Shown here: positions 54,401-60,400 of the stretch, in pieces
Layout: the number at the start of each line of letters is the position of its first letter
Position numbering within the stretch: position 1 is the first letter of the stretch
Origin: Botryllus schlosseri
Taxonomy: Eukaryota
Assembly: GCA_051294905.1 (NCBI GenBank)
Contig: CM119371.1
Coordinates: forward strand, 31,250,001-31,314,000
Reading direction: 5' to 3'
Length of the DNA stretch: 64,000 bases
Position numbers and translations under genes: made by a program
Notes under the pieces: generated by a model
Databases searched by the model: none
Told to the model about the DNA's origin: nothing
Seen by the model: the letters and a program-made list of their open reading frames with translations, nothing else

Positions 54401-57400
54401 GCCTTGTAAGGCTTTTTAAGTCCTGGACCACATCGCCATGCTATTGCGATAATACTAAGCGCCAAGGGGGTATGGATGTCAGTGACCGCTCAGTGATCGG
54501 AACCGCGACCCACTTATCACGAAGTCGCTCCACCATCACACTACCTCACTCAATTCAATACAGACGCGTGGTACGCGATTTCACCGAAAGTCAACAACAT
54601 TAATTACAATTCCAACGAAATTTGGATGAGTTTGGGGTTGCTACAGTGATTGCTTTCCTGAGAGATGACACATATCTACCCCTCCTCATCGCTAACCTCA
54701 CTGCAATAGCAGTGTCTCGAAAAGCCTAGTATGATGGCGAGCCGCGCCAGTAAGAAGTCGGCAGTAAAGAACAAGTCCGGATGCATGAAAGAGAGAGAGA
54801 GACTGAAGTTGGGAGCGCGCGAGTGTGGAAGTCGTCCGGAAAGAATACGAAAAAGCAAAAGAACCTGAACATTACTGATATCATTGTCGTGGTGTACATG
54901 ACCTTAATAGGCGATAAACACCACTGTTGTATGTGCTAAATAAACCAAACCAAACATATCTACCCTTTTCAACAAATCCTAACCATTTACGCTCACTAAA
55001 ACGATAACTATGGAGTGACAAAATAAAATTCCGACTTAACAGCGGTTGTCTTCACCACCAAGAGGTTAATACAAATCATACGAATCTCCTAAAAAATCGT
55101 AGTCGCCTGAATAAATGATCCAGACGTTATTTACAATCGGTGAAGTTCCGCCACCAGATCTTGTGGGGTTAGTCTCGCAATGTTTTTATTAAGTGCTAAT
55201 GATACCTATAAATTGTACATATAGATAGGAAACCCATTTGTGCAACGATCATTTCATTCGTTAATGGCGAACTTAAAATCTGGAACACGAATCTATTGAA
55301 GTTCCAGAAATCCAACAGAGTATGCGACTGTTCAGGTCGGGTTTACCGCTATACGGACATTGAGGGATCGCGTCACAGAAATACCGACTCAGAAGGCATA
55401 TCGTTCCGTCGAGACATGGAAATTCATTATCTCGACAAGCGGATCCTGAGAACATGAAACGGTTGATGTAATGATGTGATGGATGAATATCTACGCACGC
55501 TTTAAATGTTGGTATGTCTACTGGCGAGACTTGTTATTGCTATCACAGGTAATCAGTCGCAATCCTCATAGGCTACTCCAACCTTTACTCCAATAGTCGT
55601 TGAAATAAAACTATTTCCTCTCCACATATCCATTTATTGCCTATAACAGTGGTCCCCGACCGGAGGGGGGGATTTTGAAATTTTTAGGTGAGAATCTGGC
55701 TTTAGGGTAGTATCGGAAGATACTCTGGGTTCACACGGTTTTAAGGTTGTTATGGTAGAACTTTTAAGCATGAAACTAGTTCTTTACAATTGTATGTTTC
55801 TTTGGCGGATTTTAAGCTAGATGTATGTTTGAATGCCTTCCGTAGATATTACACCCCCATATAAAGTGAGGCTCGCGAGACGATTTCGTTGGGCCCATGA
55901 CAGCCCTTCGACAAATTGCTACTAAGCAGCATAAAGTCATGTCAAATTCAGCACAAGTCCGCTGGTGAAAATGTTAAGATTTTTAAGCCAACATATGAGC
56001 TAACGTGAAAAAGCATCCCAAATTCACCGAGTCAACTCGAGGACATAGCAAGCGAATTTCTTGATTTATTTTTCGTCAGTGGCTACCCGACCGGTAAAAA
56101 GCAGGTCAAGTACAAGCAAAGTTATTGCAGTTGACTATTTTGAATTTGACAAACAAGCATTGACGGCGGATAATCTCAGAACACGTTGAATTCTCGGATT
56201 TCAATTGCGTTAAGCTTGTTTTGCATCATCTTTCCTTACAACTCAACAATTTCATGCGGGGGTAGGGGGTCAGTGGAATTCGAAAAAATATATCATAAAA
56301 TTCAATATTTTCAAACTCCCGTAGCTTCACATCTACTGGTTGGAATTACGCAAAATTTGGTGTGCAACGTTTTTTAAACCAGCCTTAAATTTTATGAAAC
56401 AGCCTTGAAAATTTGAAAATGAAGGTAATTTTTCAACAACGCTGACTTACATGCATGTTAAGGTTAAAAACTGGGTGCAGTATTCACGCCATTTTTCCGA
56501 ATTAAGTTCAACGAGTGCATACATCATAAATCTATATTACATTTTCAGTTGATTTACTAGTCGCACAAAGCAATAAAACTACACCCGGTATCGCCAATTA
56601 CAGAGGATGAATCGGGATGTGCATGTACATCGGCCTCGAACCCGATAGGTATGAGCCTGTTAGCCGGCCTTGATTTGATCCCGAAAATAGTACATATAAT
56701 TATTGGATCGGTAATTAGTTGAGTGGTCAGCGGGCGCGATTCAAGATCGAAATATTCCCAATAGTTAATTCCAAACCCGGACAGATCGACCGGAGTTCGA
56801 CCTCTATCTCATCGTCGTCCGCATACCCATAGCAATATACAACGTATGGCTACGATATAAATTGCTATGGTATAACCCTTCAAGTCAGTGGTTCTCAACC
56901 TTTTTTTTGACACGCCTCCCTTTATGATAGTGAAAAATTTCGCGCCCCCCTTATCGTCAAATCACAAAATCCAACCGGGATGCTAGCAACTCCAACAGAT
57001 TGTTTGATAGCATGGAAGGTCATGACTGTTGACGAGAGAAATAAAAATATGAAATTCGGTCTATATATAGAGAAACACACGTGAATTAGAGGTAAACCGC
57101 GCACAGCGCGAAAATTTGTTCAGTTGACCGCTTCTTCGCGCCCCCTTCAGATGCTTTCACGCCCCCCAGGTTGAGAACCACTGCTTCAAGTACACGGGGG
57201 GGGGGGGGGGGGAGCGCCACTCCGTGAAAATTTCTGAAAAGAGGCGCTGGACGAAAAACGACCAAGACCCACTGCTGTCGTCAATACATATATGTACCTT
57301 GGCTTGTTACAAGCTTCCAACTTCGGTCTGTGACTATTATCTCCGACTATCTGTAACTATTAAATACTTCAGAGTGATTTTTATTTGTAATGATTTCCAC

Positions 57401-60400
57401 GTCTACTTCAAGTAGTGTTGAAATATTTTGAATATCTCCAAGTAGCCGCCGGTTCTATTATCCGATCCAATCAAAATACACGAAGTACAGAAGTTATTCA
57501 CGAGATAGCTTGGTAACTGTGACTGATTTACTCCGATATCGAAAATGATATCAGCTTTTATACTGTTAACAATTGGCCAAATAAGCCTATTCATATTCAG
57601 GTCCATGTTAGGGTTGTGTTGGAGTAGTGATACACATTCTTCCACGATAATGGCAGCCGATGTCCCAATTGAAACCTTACCTGCACATATCGTGTTTACA
57701 TGCGGAACGTGACTCAATGGCAGCACACAGATGGAACGTGAGTTATAATTTGTCCGTTCCCGACTTCGACAGAAAGTGACTTCATCGCCATAATTTTCTG
57801 AACTGTTCCTCAGCGTAGGCTCGTCGGAACCATCCCTTTAAGAATATGCACCATCCGTAATTACTCATTTATAAGATTAATGTAATCTGCAACACATTCA
57901 TATGATATGACGGATAGGCTACCTGTGAATAATATATTGGTTTGGGCGTTCGAACAAAATTGGTCGTCTTGTAGTAGGCTACTCATAAAATGTGTATACG
58001 TAAAGCGGTGGGTTTTAAACGGTCTGGTAGAGTGTCGAATATTGATGTAACTACAAGATGTTCAACAACGAGGTATTGGTGATTGTAAACGTAATGTACT
58101 ATATATAAATACCGACGTTTGATTTTGTCTGGTACCGGGTATCGGACCGATCAGCAAATATTTCCGAGTTGACTGCTCGCCCAATTATATGGGGAAGTCG
58201 CTGTTTTGCGCTGACGTCATAGGACGGCTAGCGATTGTGTTGAAAATGCGATCAGGTTTACACGAGCCTATCTGTGTGGCGGCTCAACAGATCCTGCAGC
58301 TCGCAAGTGTGAATAAAGGATTATGTCAAACCTGTTGTAACGAATTACGTAGTCCTACAATGGTCACTGGCGATTGGCCAACCACGTTATGTTCATCATT
58401 TGTCCTGGTACTGCGTTAAGCAAGTTATAACCGTGAATGTAATCGCTTCATATGGAGTGTTCGCACATTATACATAAATGTATGGGTCCAGTTCTGTCTT
58501 AATAGAGACTAAGGGGTGATTGAAACAATCATGGGAAGAAGTTAGCATCAAAGATTGCTAGTCATAAATTACATTTCCATGATAATGCGGCATATAAGAA
58601 GGTCTTGATGTTGGTGTCGCCCCGATCAAAGACACTGTCCTTGAGTGTTACAGAGAGTATTCCTTTTTCGTTCTCCCTTCATCTTCAAAAGTTATTGACT
58701 TCCAGAAGCTATCATTTGGTTTTTGAATTATGTGTGCAAGAAATTTACCTTGTTGGCGACCAATGACTGATGAGATTCTTATCACTAAGGCTTCACTAAG
58801 GCATCACTAAGTATTCGCCATTTTTCGCAAAAAGTGTGTGTAGAAGACATCAAGGGCTGTTGATTGATTTTCCGAGAGAGACCATACGCGGTATAGTCAG
58901 ATGTGAGTCGACTTCACACAGTGGCATTACCGTCCTAAGTGACGATATTATAAGGCGGCGGAGCGCGGGATTATTCTACTATCGTCGAAGGAGGCAGGAC
59001 TCCAAAACCCCCACCTATAGTACGAATAAGAAGCAGGGTTGTAATGACTCGATTCATGACTCGACTCGAGTCCGACTCGAGTCACGATTTTCTGATGACT
59101 CGACTTGACTCGAGTCATCTTTTTCAAATACGGAATTGACTCGACTCGACTCGAGTCAATCTGTGTATTGACTCGACTTGGACTCGAGTCATTGCGCATG
59201 ACTCGTACCAAGTCATTGACTCGAGACTCAGACGGCCAAGACCGACATTTCATTGTAATTTCGAAGAATTGTGAAGCAACCACCCTTCTGGGATTTCGTC
59301 TGATTGATACTGGTACTTGAAAATGCGACCAGAATCTGCTAAAAGTGAGAAAAATTAGTATATTATAAATGCGAAACATTCGATATCACCAAATATAGTT
59401 ATATAAAGTGAGTTTAACAAGACTTTAACTGGAAACTGAGCAGTCAACTTAATGACTTGGACTCGGATTCGAGTCATAATACCATGACTCGGACTTGACC
59501 CTCTGATCGATGACTTGGACTCGGACTTGACTCGGTGATGAATTGAAAATGACTCGACTTGACTCGAGTCAAAACAATAAAAGTGAATTTGACTTGTGAC
59601 TCGGAGCATTGTGACTTGGTTACAACCCTGATAAGAAGTCTCCAAGGATCAACCGCGAGGTGAAGGGCAACTACCCTTGCATATCCGTCCAAATGGTATT
59701 AAGCGTATGTTTGTAAATTCATTTCCAGTCGCCGCTGATTACCCTCTACCCATTCATTCATTTTATTTCCGTCTTTAATTGGGGGTTCGTCGTCTATAAC
59801 CGTAGTGGTAAATCCACCTGCTGCAGTGCGGCTTGAGTTGGAAGACGACGGAATAGTTTCAAAATAACATCCCAAAGTGACACAGTTGCTACTACGTTTC
59901 GCTGGCAATAACAATCGGTTATGGAATATCACATGCTGACAGATTACATAACAATGCAAAGGGATAATGCATGCACAGTATACACAGTGATAATATTTTT
60001 TTTATAAAATGATATACGTACAGGCAATCTGCGCGTCTGTTACAATACATACGTCCTGCAACGCACTGGGACCCATCAGAACATGGGAATTGGTCGCGTG
60101 AACATGATGAACCTAGAATACAAAGATAACGCCTGTATCTGTTACATATTGGAGGCAAATTAAGTCAAAAACATATCAACTATATATAAATCAGTGCGTT
60201 TCGAGGCACAATTGCATCGCGTGCGATGTGGGTCGTGCCAAAAAGACAATCAATAAGACCGAATTCAATGAAATCACACACATCGATGCTTACGGTTACG
60301 CCGTAACTGATAATTGCAGAGATCACGACCCACTCATGACAGGATGCAAGGGTAGTAGAAATAGCTAATGGTCCATCTTTGTTGTTGGTATTTAAATATG

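Noticed and set aside
54680..54700. Candidate missing B3 exon EVSDEEG
   Set aside because: Lies inside a TSD-flanked retroposon, has no phase-1 donor and is followed by a stop
57196..57212. Poly-G run as a G-quadruplex element
   Set aside because: Simple homopolymer next to a MITE, with unreliable length and no other support
59699..59959. ORF containing DDEPPIK, similar to SDEPPLK of exon B1
   Set aside because: No phase-2 acceptor gives this frame and the FC/CVLP/C motif is absent; probably chance
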